Assembly (NCBI GenBank): GCA_013001465.1
Contig: JABDMM010000076.1
Span: 97 to 64,096 of the forward strand
Direction: 5' to 3'
Length of the DNA: 64,000 bases
Origin: Chitinophagales bacterium
Lineage (GTDB): Bacteria; Bacteroidota; Bacteroidia; Chitinophagales; JABDMM01
The notes under the pieces were generated by a model. The model saw only the letters and a program-made list of their open reading frames with translations. It was not told where the DNA came from and did not search any database. This document shows, in pieces, positions 20,442 through 30,600 of this stretch. The position numbers and the translations under genes are program-made. Numbering within the stretch: the first letter of the stretch is position 1; every line of letters begins with the position of its first letter.

Positions 20442-20449
20442 CAAAAATA
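20442..20449 (-). promoter_or_regulatory. Bacteroidetes -7 promoter element (TATTTTTG) for the porin gene
   Basis: Matches TAnnTTTG, just upstream of the start codon. Confidence 0.5.
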
Positions 20450-20471
20450 TTGAATGGAAACTTACGGATAG

Positions 20472-22094
20472 TTATTCAAGCCTGAGAACTTTGTAAGCTT
20501 TTGTTTTACCATTCACAAGAACGTGCAGCAGATAGATTGAACTTGAGAGTTTTTCTTTTATCGGAATAGAAACAACATTAAGGCCGCGATCAATGTCAAC
20601 TTTTTTATTAAACAATGCTCTGCCATTAACATCATAAAGTGTAATTCCAACTAATTCTAACTGTATTGACTGCATCTCAAGTACAAGTTCAGAATCGTTG
20701 AAAAATGGCTTGACTACAAGATGATCGTTTAATTCGTACTCTAAACCACTGGTCATAACACTAATCGTGTCACATTTGAAATCGCACCCATATTCGTTAT
20801 CTACCCTTAGACATATCGGGTAATCACCTTCCTGTGGGACACCAAATACTGGATCTTGAAGCGAAGACATCGATGAGTTGTTGAAATTCCATTGATATGT
20901 GTTTGGGGAATTTAAGGATAAATCATCCAGTTCAATTGAAAGTCCGTTCAAATTGTATGAGAAATCCGCTACCGGAGGATTCCCATCCTGTTTAAACTCA
21001 AAAAGGAACATACCGCTTTGCATATCTGATACCAGCACTTTTCGATTATTTGCAAAAGGATACACACCCCAAGCCCCTTCATATTCTGAAGGACCTATTG
21101 AATCAGGATATGTGTCATACACTGCAACTTCAACAGGGTTTGCCGGATCTCTAAGATCATAAACCCGGATACCATCGTAGTAGTATGAAACATATGCTAA
21201 ACAATTCTTTACAATTACATTATGAGGGCTGGAGTTTGGATTAGCAGTACCAAAAAGCGCAACCTGTTGAATGTCCAAAGGGTTTTCGATATTAACGACT
21301 TTCAATTGGGTCTGAATTGTTTCATCTATAAATACATAGTGCTTATTATCGTCGAGCAACCAACCAGAATGATTGTAACCTTGCTGTTGGTATAGGTCAA
21401 GAACACCTTCCTTAGTTGGATTTGCAGGATCAGAAAAATCATAAATAAAAAGACCGTCATATCCTGAGTTAAGATAAGCGATATCATCCCTGACAAAAAT
21501 ATCATGGACATGTTGGATGCTTGAATCATTCAAGACATAAATCAATTGCGGTTCAAGCGGAATGTTGATATCATAAACTTCCATAGCATAAAATGCAGGA
21601 GGATTCCCTTTGATAACTGAGCAAGCATATAACAGACTTCTCTTTTCATCAATAAATATATTGTGAGAAGTGTAAAGTAAGGTATCACTATCATACACCT
21701 TTGAAGCGCTATCAGGTAAACTGTTGAGGTCGATTATTTGCAAAGAACTTAATCCTTCATCACAAACCGCATACAAATAACCGTTGTGATCGTGGTAATC
21801 TCTGTGTATAACACCCGGGCCCTGAAAAGCTCCAGCTACATAATCGACAAGAACAATATTATTCGTATCAGTCACATCAAAAATATGGGTTCCAACTGTC
21901 GTTCCTATAATTCCATAATCTCTTCCATTGCTTGAGTATCCCCAGATCTCATTATATGAATTATTGTAAATGGCTGACCCAGGAAGGGTGGTGTCCTGCC
22001 AGTTATATATCATTTTAAGGCTTGTTTGGGAGTATAGATCGCTTTGCAGAAAGGCAATGGCAATAATTGCAAATATTAGTGCTTTAAATTTCAT
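20472..22094 (-). CDS. Choice-of-anchor B family protein (LVIVD repeats, PKD domain, T9SS CTD)
   Basis: YNEIWGY, HNIFID, HVHD, YNHSGWL, HNVIV and GAWGVYPF motifs; PKD-like PVADFSY; CTD LYDVNGR...YKVLRLE. Confidence 0.85.
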   Translation of the reverse strand: MKFKALIFAIIAIAFLQSDLYSQTSLKMIYNWQDTTLPGSAIYNNSYNEIWGYSSNGRDYGIIGTTVGTHIFDVTDTNNIVLVDYVAGAFQGPGVIHRDYHDHNGYLYAVCDEGLSSLQIIDLNSLPDSASKVYDSDTLLYTSHNIFIDEKRSLLYACSVIKGNPPAFYAMEVYDINIPLEPQLIYVLNDSSIQHVHDIFVRDDIAYLNSGYDGLFIYDFSDPANPTKEGVLDLYQQQGYNHSGWLLDDNKHYVFIDETIQTQLKVVNIENPLDIQQVALFGTANPNSSPHNVIVKNCLAYVSYYYDGIRVYDLRDPANPVEVAVYDTYPDSIGPSEYEGAWGVYPFANNRKVLVSDMQSGMFLFEFKQDGNPPVADFSYNLNGLSIELDDLSLNSPNTYQWNFNNSSMSSLQDPVFGVPQEGDYPICLRVDNEYGCDFKCDTISVMTSGLEYELNDHLVVKPFFNDSELVLEMQSIQLELVGITLYDVNGRALFNKKVDIDRGLNVVSIPIKEKLSSSIYLLHVLVNGKTKAYKVLRLE

Positions 22095-22106
22095 TTGTCA
22101 ATAATA

Positions 22107-22886
22107 TCAATTTAATTCAATAAGTTTTTCAACGATTTGTAATAATTTCGGAGCAGCTTTTTCAGCTTCGTCCAGGACGATATCATGAGAAATCTCGATT
22201 ATTTCACTTGTGGGATAACCTATGTCAACAATTACCGAAACGGCAAAAACATCCATACCCAGAACTTTAGCTACCATAAGCTCTGGAACTGTTGACATTC
22301 CTATTGCATCACCACCAAAACGGTGAAACATCTTATATTCTGCAGGAGTCTCGAATGTAGGTCCAAGAACTCCGACATAAACGCCTTCTTTAACGGCAAT
22401 CTCACTTTGAAGAGCAATTTCACGAGCGGATGTTAGCAATGCTCCATCTATACTGCCATTGTTATCTCCCTTGATATCAATTTCACAATGCTGAAAATTG
22501 ATATAATCTTTGATGAACATGATGTCACCAACAGACATATCCATTTGTATTCCTCCCGCAGCATTCGAAACTATCAAGTTTTTTACGCCCAATGCATCAG
22601 AAACAATAACCGGTTGAATCACCTCATTTAAATGGTAGCCCTCATACAAGTGGAAACGGCCGTCAAATCCAATGACTTTTTTCTGTCCAATACACCCTGC
22701 TACGATCTGGCCATGATGACCTTTTACAGTTGAGACAGGGAAACCGGGGATTTCCTTATAGGGGATCTTTATCGTATCGGTAATCGAAGACAGAAGCGGC
22801 TTCAATCCCGAACCCAGAATGATCGAGAAATCGAAATCACTTCCAATACTCGATTTGATAAAATCGGAAGTTTTATTATCTATCAT
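22107..22886 (-). CDS. punA: Purine-nucleoside phosphorylase (trimeric family)
   Basis: IILGSGL, STVKGHHG, GRFHLYEG, SNAAGG, GPTFETPAE and GMSTVPE motifs. Confidence 0.9.
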   Translation of the reverse strand: MIDNKTSDFIKSSIGSDFDFSIILGSGLKPLLSSITDTIKIPYKEIPGFPVSTVKGHHGQIVAGCIGQKKVIGFDGRFHLYEGYHLNEVIQPVIVSDALGVKNLIVSNAAGGIQMDMSVGDIMFIKDYINFQHCEIDIKGDNNGSIDGALLTSAREIALQSEIAVKEGVYVGVLGPTFETPAEYKMFHRFGGDAIGMSTVPELMVAKVLGMDVFAVSVIVDIGYPTSEIIEISHDIVLDEAEKAAPKLLQIVEKLIELN

Positions 22887-23974
22887 TGATCCTCCTCTCT
22901 TTCTCTATAGTATGTCATAAAACTGATCACATCTTTTTGGAACGCAACTTCATCCGTTGGAAAGAATCTTACTTTGACAGGCAGAGCGAACAAAGGAAGT
23001 TTGTTTTGAATCAACCAATCCCGATGCAACGAAAGTCTCATTGCATCTTTTTCCGTAGTGATGATCACTTTTGAAGAAGATTCTATATTGTTAAATGCAT
23101 CACGAACATTCTCAAGATCGTAACGATCGAAATAATGATGATCACTGAATTCCTGTTCGATAATTCTTCCTGCATGCTGTTTTAATAATGAAACAATAGA
23201 TTTATTGTTTGCTATTCCGGTTAGCAAAAGCACATCGACATCTTTCTGCAATTGCAACCTTTGATCTTGATTGAAGATATAATAAGGATATCCATACTCC
23301 AGAAATGAAAAGTATACTTTTTGGTACTTTCCAGGAGCTAACTCCTCAATGATCTCATCACGTTTCCACTCAGACAGGTCCGGTGGACACTTTGTAACGA
23401 TAATGATATCTGCTCGCGCCGATGAAGAAGCAGGCTCTCTTAATCGGCCAAGCGGAAGAACACGGTCTCTTGTGTATAAGTTATCGAAGTCAGTTAGCAA
23501 AATAGAAAGACCGGGATTTACAGACCGATGCTGATAGGCATCGTCTAACAGGATAACCTCAATGCCGGGATAAAGTGCCAGCATTTCAGGTATCGCGAGC
23601 ATTCGGTTTTCGCTGACAGCGACGATAACATCACTAAAATTATTCTTAAACTGCATTGGTTCATCTCCGATCGTATGTGCTGTCGATTCATGATCTGCCA
23701 CTAAAAAACCTCTGGTCTTCCTGCGATATCCTCGCGATAATGTTGCTACTTTGAACTGGTCGTTCAATAAATTTATGAGATACTCTATATGAGGTGTCTT
23801 TCCAGTCCCGCCTACGCTTAAATTTCCCACTGAAATTACCGGGATCTCAAAACGAACCGATTTGTATATTTGCGTATCGTACATCTTATTCCTCAGCCTC
23901 ACTATAAATCCATAGATCAAGGCAAAAGGCAGCATGACGATCTTAAAAATTTCAAAAAGTACAGTGTCCCTCAT
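22883..23974 (-). CDS. lpxK: Tetraacyldisaccharide 4'-kinase
   Basis: SVGNLSVGGTGKTP, LSRGY, IGDEP, LDDAYQH and TTEKD motifs. Start set at ATG 23974 because the ORF-track TTG falls within a TAATTTTG promoter element (23984-23991). Confidence 0.93.
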   Translation of the reverse strand: MRDTVLFEIFKIVMLPFALIYGFIVRLRNKMYDTQIYKSVRFEIPVISVGNLSVGGTGKTPHIEYLINLLNDQFKVATLSRGYRRKTRGFLVADHESTAHTIGDEPMQFKNNFSDVIVAVSENRMLAIPEMLALYPGIEVILLDDAYQHRSVNPGLSILLTDFDNLYTRDRVLPLGRLREPASSSARADIIIVTKCPPDLSEWKRDEIIEELAPGKYQKVYFSFLEYGYPYYIFNQDQRLQLQKDVDVLLLTGIANNKSIVSLLKQHAGRIIEQEFSDHHYFDRYDLENVRDAFNNIESSSKVIITTEKDAMRLSLHRDWLIQNKLPLFALPVKVRFFPTDEVAFQKDVISFMTYYREREEDQ

Positions 23975-24009
23975 AGATGGCTGCAAAATTATAATAATTA
24001 GAACTGGAT

Positions 24010-25071
24010 ATGAAGATTGGAAAAATTTTAAACCATCTTGAAAATATTGCTCCGGGTATTTACCAGGAAAGCTACGATAATTCAGGTTTGATCGTTGGTG
24101 ACAGAAATACTAATGTAGAGTCTGCTTTGATTTGTCTCGATTCAACCGAAAATGTCATCGACGAAGCGATAAAACAAAAATGCAAATTAGTAATTGCGCA
24201 TCATCCTATCGTTTTTAGCGGACTTAAATCCATAAGCAGGTCAGATTATATTGGCAGAGTCTTGATCAAAGCGATCAAAAATGATATTGCAATCTATTCC
24301 ATCCATACTAATCTGGATAATGTGGCAAACGGGGTAAACAAAATGATCGCAGACAAATTGAAGTTAAAAAATTGCAAGATCCTGGCACCTAAACTAGATA
24401 CGTTATATAAAATCACCTTTAGAACCCAGGTGGAAGAGAACGAGAAAATAGGGGGTGAAATAGATGCTGCGATCAAAAGTGAGTTCGATCACTTTACAAT
24501 CGAAGATTTTAATGTAGTAGGGATAAGTCAGGAAAAAACCAATGGCAGATCGGTTTCAATGATCAAAACAGAGATTTGTTACCCGAAGGACAGACACTCG
24601 ATGGTAATGAAGAAAGCGTCAATAATTAATGAGGAGTTCGGCACAACTTTTGAGATTTCTGAATTACAGACACCTAATGTAAATATTGGTTCAGGAATGA
24701 TTGGAGAGTTGAAGAAAGAGATGAATGAGACAGAGTTTTTAGGCTATTTGAAAAAACAACTGGAAGTTGAGGTGATAAGACACACCGGTTTGCTTAGAAA
24801 AAAAGTGCGTAAGATTGCCATCTGTGGAGGATCCGGATCATTCCTTCTAAATAAGGCAATACAAACCGGAGCCGATTTTTTTATATCCGCCGATTTTAAA
24901 TATCACCAGTTTTTTGATGCTGATGGAAAAATTGTGGTTGCAGACATTGGACACTTCGAAAGTGAAAAGTTCACACGACAATTGTTATTCAACTATTTGA
25001 GCGAAAAATTTCCTAATTTTGCATTTCGTTTGTCGAGAATAAATACAAATCCAATTAAATATTTTAAATAA
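24010..25071 (+). CDS. NIF3-like dinuclear metal centre hexameric protein
   Basis: YDNSGL, AHHPIVF, HTNLD, CGGSG and DIGHFESE motifs. Confidence 0.92.
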   Translation: MKIGKILNHLENIAPGIYQESYDNSGLIVGDRNTNVESALICLDSTENVIDEAIKQKCKLVIAHHPIVFSGLKSISRSDYIGRVLIKAIKNDIAIYSIHTNLDNVANGVNKMIADKLKLKNCKILAPKLDTLYKITFRTQVEENEKIGGEIDAAIKSEFDHFTIEDFNVVGISQEKTNGRSVSMIKTEICYPKDRHSMVMKKASIINEEFGTTFEISELQTPNVNIGSGMIGELKKEMNETEFLGYLKKQLEVEVIRHTGLLRKKVRKIAICGGSGSFLLNKAIQTGADFFISADFKYHQFFDADGKIVVADIGHFESEKFTRQLLFNYLSEKFPNFAFRLSRINTNPIKYFK

Positions 25072-25898
25072 TGGCAAAAGCTAAGACAGAAGTAACGATT
25101 GAAGAGAAACTAGAAGCTTTGTACAAACTTCAGCAGGTCGATTCCAAGATCGATAAAATTCAGGTAATGAAGGGTGAGCTTCCTATGGAAGTAAAGGATC
25201 TTGAAGATGAGATTGAGGGGTTAAAGACCAGGATTAAAAAACTGGAGGATGAGATGAATGATTATGATGAGGAGATCTCAGTCAAGAAGAATGTTATGAA
25301 AGAAAGTGAAGCACTCATAAAGAAATATGAGAAGCAGCAGATGAATGTAAAGAACAATAGAGAGTATGATGCGCTAACTAAAGAAATAGAACTTCAAAGA
25401 CTTGAAATTCAGCTTTCGGAGAAAAAGATCAAAGAAGCTCAAGAGTCAAAAGAAGCCAAAAGTGAGTATTTAAAGGAAAGTAAAGAGCTTGTTAAGGGTA
25501 AAGAGAAGCATTTGAAAGGCAAGAAAGTTGAACTTGAAAAGATTATTAAAGAGACTGAGAAAGAAGAGGACTCTCTTCAAAAGAAGTCTAAGAAAGCAGA
25601 AAAAACTGTCGATGATCGATTGATCACTGCATACCACCGGATCCGCAATGCTTACCGTAATGGTATGGGTGTCGTAATGGTAGAAAGAGATGCCTGTGGT
25701 GGCTGTTTTGCCAAAATCCCACCCCAAAGACAGCTTGAGATCAGGCAACGCAAAAAAATTATTGTTTGTGAACACTGTGGTAGAATCCTTGTGTTCCCTA
25801 AAGAACAGGAAGAACAACTCAAAAAGCTTGCTGAAGAAGAAGCAGCAGCCAAGAAAACGAAACCAAGAAGACGCAGAAGAACCGAGGCCGCTAAGTAA
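25071..25898 (+). CDS. Coiled-coil C4-type zinc-ribbon protein (DUF164/CT398-like)
   Basis: Long coiled coil followed by CGGC...CEHCGRIL; usual partner of NIF3. Confidence 0.9.
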   Translation: MAKAKTEVTIEEKLEALYKLQQVDSKIDKIQVMKGELPMEVKDLEDEIEGLKTRIKKLEDEMNDYDEEISVKKNVMKESEALIKKYEKQQMNVKNNREYDALTKEIELQRLEIQLSEKKIKEAQESKEAKSEYLKESKELVKGKEKHLKGKKVELEKIIKETEKEEDSLQKKSKKAEKTVDDRLITAYHRIRNAYRNGMGVVMVERDACGGCFAKIPPQRQLEIRQRKKIIVCEHCGRILVFPKEQEEQLKKLAEEEAAAKKTKPRRRRRTEAAK

Positions 25899-25914
25899 CG
25901 CGTAACTTTTCTTT

Positions 25915-27417
25915 ATGATCTCAATCAGATATGTGATAGCAGTGCTGTTTATTTCGGCGGCTCCTACTATCGCATCCCCAGCTCAATATCATTTCAGTTT
26001 CAATGATCATTGCAAAAATGCTTATGATGAGATCCTCAAATTAAAGCTTGAAAATGGAAGTGCGTTAGTTGAGACTGAAAAACTTAATGATCCTCTAAAC
26101 CTGGTTCCGGTTCTACTCGAAAACTATATCGACTTTTTTCGAATTTTTATTTCTGAAGATGAGACTGAATTCTATCGCCTGAAAAATAATCGGGATAAAA
26201 GACTTACCCTCATAAAGAAAAATGGAGATAAAAATAGCCCTTACTATCTTTTCGTTCTTGCTGAAATTCACCTGCACTGGGCTATAGCTAAAATACGTGT
26301 CGGCGAGTATTTCAGTGCCGTCCTTGAGATCCGTAAAGCGTATAAACAGTTGAATGAAAATCAAAGGAAATTTCCCGACTTTAAAGAAAACTTAAAAACT
26401 CTTGGGTTGCTTCATGCGGTTCTTGGAAGTATACCAGACAAATTTAAATGGGGACTTAGTATTCTGGGTATGGATGGCGACATCAGAAAGGGAATGGCTG
26501 AACTCAAGAATTTGATCATTTACTCCAATGACAATGAGTTCGTTTATCGCGAAGAGACTATAACCTTATATGCCTTTCTCCTGTTTCATCTCGAAAAGAA
26601 AGGTGATCAGGCCTGGGATCTTTTGAAGGCTAATAATTTTCCTGAAAAAGATAACTTGATGCATATCTATACATGTGCCCAAATTGGTGTACATTCCAAC
26701 AGAGTTGAAGAGTCTATCGAGATCCTTAATAACAAACCCTCGGGAGCCGAATATCTCGAATTTCCCTATTTGGAATTTCTTGCAGGCCTTGCAAGATTAT
26801 ACAAGCTTGATGAAAGAGCAGATATATATTTCAAGAATTTTGTTAATAATACGAAGTCTAGGAATCATGTGAAAGATGCTTACCAGAAACTAGCCTGGTA
26901 TCATTTTATCAACGATAATGATACGGTTTTATATATGCATTATATGGATAAAGTAAGGTCCGATGGAAGCAGTACCATAGATGCTGATAAACAAGCCCTC
27001 CAAGAAGCTCTTGACAATAAGATTCCACATAAGGGATTACTAAAATCTCGTCTCCTTTTTGACGGTGGCTTATTTGGAAGAGCAATAGAAATTTTAGACG
27101 AAATAGACGAAAATGTACTAGCCGATAAGGAGAAATTAGAACTTTCTTATCGATATGGCAGAGTCTACCACGAATGGGGAAAGATCGACAGATGCGTTAA
27201 ATTCTATAATGAAACCATCGCAAACGGTTCAAATTCACCATATTACTTTGCCGCTAATGCTGCGTTGCAACTTGCATATATTTATGAAAAAAAGAATGAG
27301 CTAGAAACAGCAAAGTCGTACTTTGAACTCTGTTTATCGATAAAAAATCACGAATACAAAAACAGCCTTGACCAAAAAGCAAAGGCTGGTTTGAACCGCA
27401 TAGACAAAATGCAATGA
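25915..27417 (+). CDS. Secreted tetratricopeptide-repeat protein
   Basis: Signal-like N-terminus; helical repeats such as YRYGRVY and AALQLAYIYE. Confidence 0.7.
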   Translation: MISIRYVIAVLFISAAPTIASPAQYHFSFNDHCKNAYDEILKLKLENGSALVETEKLNDPLNLVPVLLENYIDFFRIFISEDETEFYRLKNNRDKRLTLIKKNGDKNSPYYLFVLAEIHLHWAIAKIRVGEYFSAVLEIRKAYKQLNENQRKFPDFKENLKTLGLLHAVLGSIPDKFKWGLSILGMDGDIRKGMAELKNLIIYSNDNEFVYREETITLYAFLLFHLEKKGDQAWDLLKANNFPEKDNLMHIYTCAQIGVHSNRVEESIEILNNKPSGAEYLEFPYLEFLAGLARLYKLDERADIYFKNFVNNTKSRNHVKDAYQKLAWYHFINDNDTVLYMHYMDKVRSDGSSTIDADKQALQEALDNKIPHKGLLKSRLLFDGGLFGRAIEILDEIDENVLADKEKLELSYRYGRVYHEWGKIDRCVKFYNETIANGSNSPYYFAANAALQLAYIYEKKNELETAKSYFELCLSIKNHEYKNSLDQKAKAGLNRIDKMQ

Positions 27418-28436
27418 CAAGACGGATCGAAGAAAATACAAGCCTAAAAAATTTTAACACATTTGGTATCGATGTTAAAGCACGTTACTTTTTCCGTTTA
27501 ACTAAACTTGAAGATTTATTTACTCTGGATGATATGGAGGTCTTCAAAGAAGGAAACTTCTTTGTTCTTGGTGGAGGAAGTAATATACTATTCACTTCAG
27601 ACTATGAAGGACTGATCATCAAAAATGAACTCAAAGGTCATGAAGTTATAGCTGAAGATGATCATACAGTTACAGTTGAAGTGATGGCCGGTGAAAACTG
27701 GCATGAATTTGTCCTGATGTGTGTAGGTCATAACTGGGGAGGAATCGAAAATCTTTCTCTCATTCCGGGTTGTCTTGGAGCTGCACCTATTCAGAACATC
27801 GGAGCTTATGGGGTCGAACTGAAAGATGTCTTTAAGTCAACGATGATATATGATATTGAACAAAAGCAACAACGCGTTCTAGATAAAGCCGACTGTAATT
27901 TTGGATACAGGGATAGTATTTTTAAGCACGAGCTGAAAGGCAAGATCATTGTACTATCTGTAACACTTACGTTAAGTAAAAACCCCATCATCAATATATC
28001 TTATGGAGCCATTCAAAAGACTTTAGAAGAAAGAGGTATTGATCACCCCGGTATCAAAGATGTAAGTGATGCTGTTATTACTATTCGTTCATCAAAGCTC
28101 CCAAACCCTGATGAACTTGGGAATGCCGGAAGTTTTTTCAAGAACCCGGTGATCTCGATATCTCTGTTTAACAGCTTGAAAAAAACGCATGAAAATATAC
28201 CATCTTATCCAGTCGATGAATCTCGGATCAAGATACCGGCTGCGTGGTTGATCGAACATGCAGGCTGGAAAGGATACCGTGATGGTGATATCGGAACTCA
28301 TGTCAATCAACCATTGGTTTTAGTAAACTATAATTCTGCCAGAGGTGAGGATATTGATAAACTTTCCGAAACGATAAGGACAGACATAAAAGATAAGTTT
28401 GGAATTCTGTTGGAGAAAGAAGTGAACATTCTTTAA
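27414..28436 (+). CDS. murB: UDP-N-acetylenolpyruvoylglucosamine reductase
   Basis: NTFGI, LGGGSN, PIQNIGAYG, FGYRDS and GNAGSFFKNP motifs. Confidence 0.96.
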   Translation: MTRRIEENTSLKNFNTFGIDVKARYFFRLTKLEDLFTLDDMEVFKEGNFFVLGGGSNILFTSDYEGLIIKNELKGHEVIAEDDHTVTVEVMAGENWHEFVLMCVGHNWGGIENLSLIPGCLGAAPIQNIGAYGVELKDVFKSTMIYDIEQKQQRVLDKADCNFGYRDSIFKHELKGKIIVLSVTLTLSKNPIINISYGAIQKTLEERGIDHPGIKDVSDAVITIRSSKLPNPDELGNAGSFFKNPVISISLFNSLKKTHENIPSYPVDESRIKIPAAWLIEHAGWKGYRDGDIGTHVNQPLVLVNYNSARGEDIDKLSETIRTDIKDKFGILLEKEVNIL

Positions 28437-28445
28437 ATCAAAATT

Positions 28446-30059
28446 ATGAGTCAAGAGTTAGTTAAAATAGCAGAGTTTGCAAAGTTAGAAGATCGTGTGC
28501 CTGCTCATGCAATGGTAGAAAACACGGATCTCGTGATCATAAAATTTGACAGCTCTGTTTCTGTTCTCTATGGACGGTGTTTACACCGTGGAGCATTGAT
28601 GGCAGACGGCTATATCGACGGCGAAAATCTGATCTGTGGCTTACACCACTGGGATTACCGATTCGATTCCGGCACTAGTGCCTATAATCCTGAAGAATCG
28701 TTAAAAAAGTTCACAGCAGTGATCGATAATGGTGATGTGAAAGTGGATAAAGCAGAAATCATTGCATTCGAAGAGATCCATCCTTCTCCATTTAGTACTG
28801 ATGAATATCTGGGGAAATATGCCGATACAAATTCCCAACCCGAAGAAAATTATAATCATTACATCCAAGATCTTGCTAAGAATGGATTGAAAAAACATGG
28901 TAAACATGGACCATCTATGTCGATGGGTGTCAATCGAACAGATTTTCCTCAATGGAAAGATATCCAATACTTACCTGCGCAGCTATGGAGAAAACCTTTA
29001 ATGGATGAAGATCATGTTGAAACTAAAGTGATCATTGGTCCTAATGCGAAAAAACCGATGATAATCGACATCCCGTTGTTTGTTTCTGATATGTCATTTG
29101 GTGCCATATCCAGAGAAGCAAAGATCGCACTATCAAAGGGTGCAGAAATGTCCGGAACCGGCATTTGCAGCGGTGAAGGAGGTATGCTTCCTGAAGAGCA
29201 GGAAAACAATTCGAAATATTTCTATGAACTCGCCTCCGGTATGTTTGGATTTGACTGGGAAAAGGTTGCTAAAGTTCAGGCATTTCATTTTAAAGGAGGT
29301 CAAGGTGCAAAAACCGGAACAGGCGGTCATCTGCCTGGAAATAAGGTAACCGACGAGATCGCCGGCGTTCGCGGACTGAACAAAGGAGAGGCTGCCATTA
29401 GTCCGGCTACTTTTTCGGAGATAAGAACGGTAGCAGAATTCAAAGACTATGCTGATAAAGCCCGAGAAGTTTCCGGTGGTATTCCGGTAGGGTTCAAAAT
29501 CGCTGCAAGCCATATAGAGAAAGATATAGACTTTGCTCTTGAAGTTGGGGCTGATTATATCATATTAGACGGAAGAGGCGGTGCAACCGGATCCGCTCCA
29601 TTAATTCTAAGAAATCACATCAACGTACCTACCATTGCTGCCCTGGCAAGAGCAAGAGCTCATTTAGACCGATCAGAAGCAAAAAATGTGAGTTTGATAA
29701 TTACCGGCGGATTGAGGATCCCTGCAGATTTCGCAAAAGCACTAATGATGGGAGCCGACGCGGTTGCTATTGCGAACTCAGCACTTCAGGCAATAGGTTG
29801 TCTTGGAATGAGAGCTTGCCACACCAATAATTGTCCGGTAGGTATCGCCACTCAAAAAGAAAATTTAAGATCACGCCTGATCATGGAAAAATCAGCAAAA
29901 CAGTTAAACACTTTTCTAAACTCAAGTAACGAGCTGATCAAAGTAGTGGCTCGAGCTTGCGGATATGACAATATCAATAAATTCAATTCAGAAGACCTGA
30001 GTACGTCTAATTTTGATATGCACAAGCTTACCGGGATCCGGTATGCCGGGGTAAGTTAA
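28446..30059 (+). CDS. Rieske [2Fe-2S]-fused FMN-binding glutamate synthase-family protein
   Basis: N-terminal Rieske ligands CLH...CGLH. SDMSFGA, SGEGG, GQGAKTGTGGHLP, DGRGGATG, ITGGLR motifs and Fe-S motif CLGMRACHTNNCPVG. Confidence 0.88.
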   Translation: MSQELVKIAEFAKLEDRVPAHAMVENTDLVIIKFDSSVSVLYGRCLHRGALMADGYIDGENLICGLHHWDYRFDSGTSAYNPEESLKKFTAVIDNGDVKVDKAEIIAFEEIHPSPFSTDEYLGKYADTNSQPEENYNHYIQDLAKNGLKKHGKHGPSMSMGVNRTDFPQWKDIQYLPAQLWRKPLMDEDHVETKVIIGPNAKKPMIIDIPLFVSDMSFGAISREAKIALSKGAEMSGTGICSGEGGMLPEEQENNSKYFYELASGMFGFDWEKVAKVQAFHFKGGQGAKTGTGGHLPGNKVTDEIAGVRGLNKGEAAISPATFSEIRTVAEFKDYADKAREVSGGIPVGFKIAASHIEKDIDFALEVGADYIILDGRGGATGSAPLILRNHINVPTIAALARARAHLDRSEAKNVSLIITGGLRIPADFAKALMMGADAVAIANSALQAIGCLGMRACHTNNCPVGIATQKENLRSRLIMEKSAKQLNTFLNSSNELIKVVARACGYDNINKFNSEDLSTSNFDMHKLTGIRYAGVS

Positions 30060-30124
30060 AGATGTGACGATGAAGATGCAGCTTCGCCGCTTCGTATGAT
30101 TTACTTCATTCTGCAACACTAGCA

Positions 30125-30598
30125 CTACTTAATTTCTTCAAAGATCCGTGCTACTGCCGGACAAACTTTTGTATTCTTTAAAGTAAGATTTAAAATAGCT
30201 GACATATTTTTTCTGTTCGTATGAGGATAGTCTCTGCATGCAGTTGGTCGATCGAAATATATGCTGCAGTAATTGTCGTCGCCTAGAAAAGGACAAGGTT
30301 GTTTGTTAAAAACAAAGTCCCCGTCCTCATCGATCAACAAGTATTTCTCAATGAAAAGTGATGGTTTTATACCAAGAGCTTTCGAGATTCGATCGATATC
30401 GGAGTTAAGAACAATTGGTGATGTGGTTTTACAGCAATTTGCGCATTTAAGACAATCAATTTCTGAAAAAACTTTCTCGTGCTTACCTTCAAAAAGAAGA
30501 TCCAGAGACTTTCCCTTCATTTTTTTCAACTTCGGAAGCAGCTTCTTGTTCTCCTTGAACTTCTGATCAGCTAGCTGAAGATCTTTAAAATAATCCAT
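30125..30598 (-). CDS. YkgJ-family cysteine cluster protein (CxxCxxCC)
   Basis: CLKCANCC, CPFL...CSIY..RP..C..YP. Likely start MDYFK at 30598 (ORF track gives 30628). Confidence 0.88.
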   Translation of the reverse strand: MDYFKDLQLADQKFKENKKLLPKLKKMKGKSLDLLFEGKHEKVFSEIDCLKCANCCKTTSPIVLNSDIDRISKALGIKPSLFIEKYLLIDEDGDFVFNKQPCPFLGDDNYCSIYFDRPTACRDYPHTNRKNMSAILNLTLKNTKVCPAVARIFEEIK

Positions 30599-30600
30599 CT

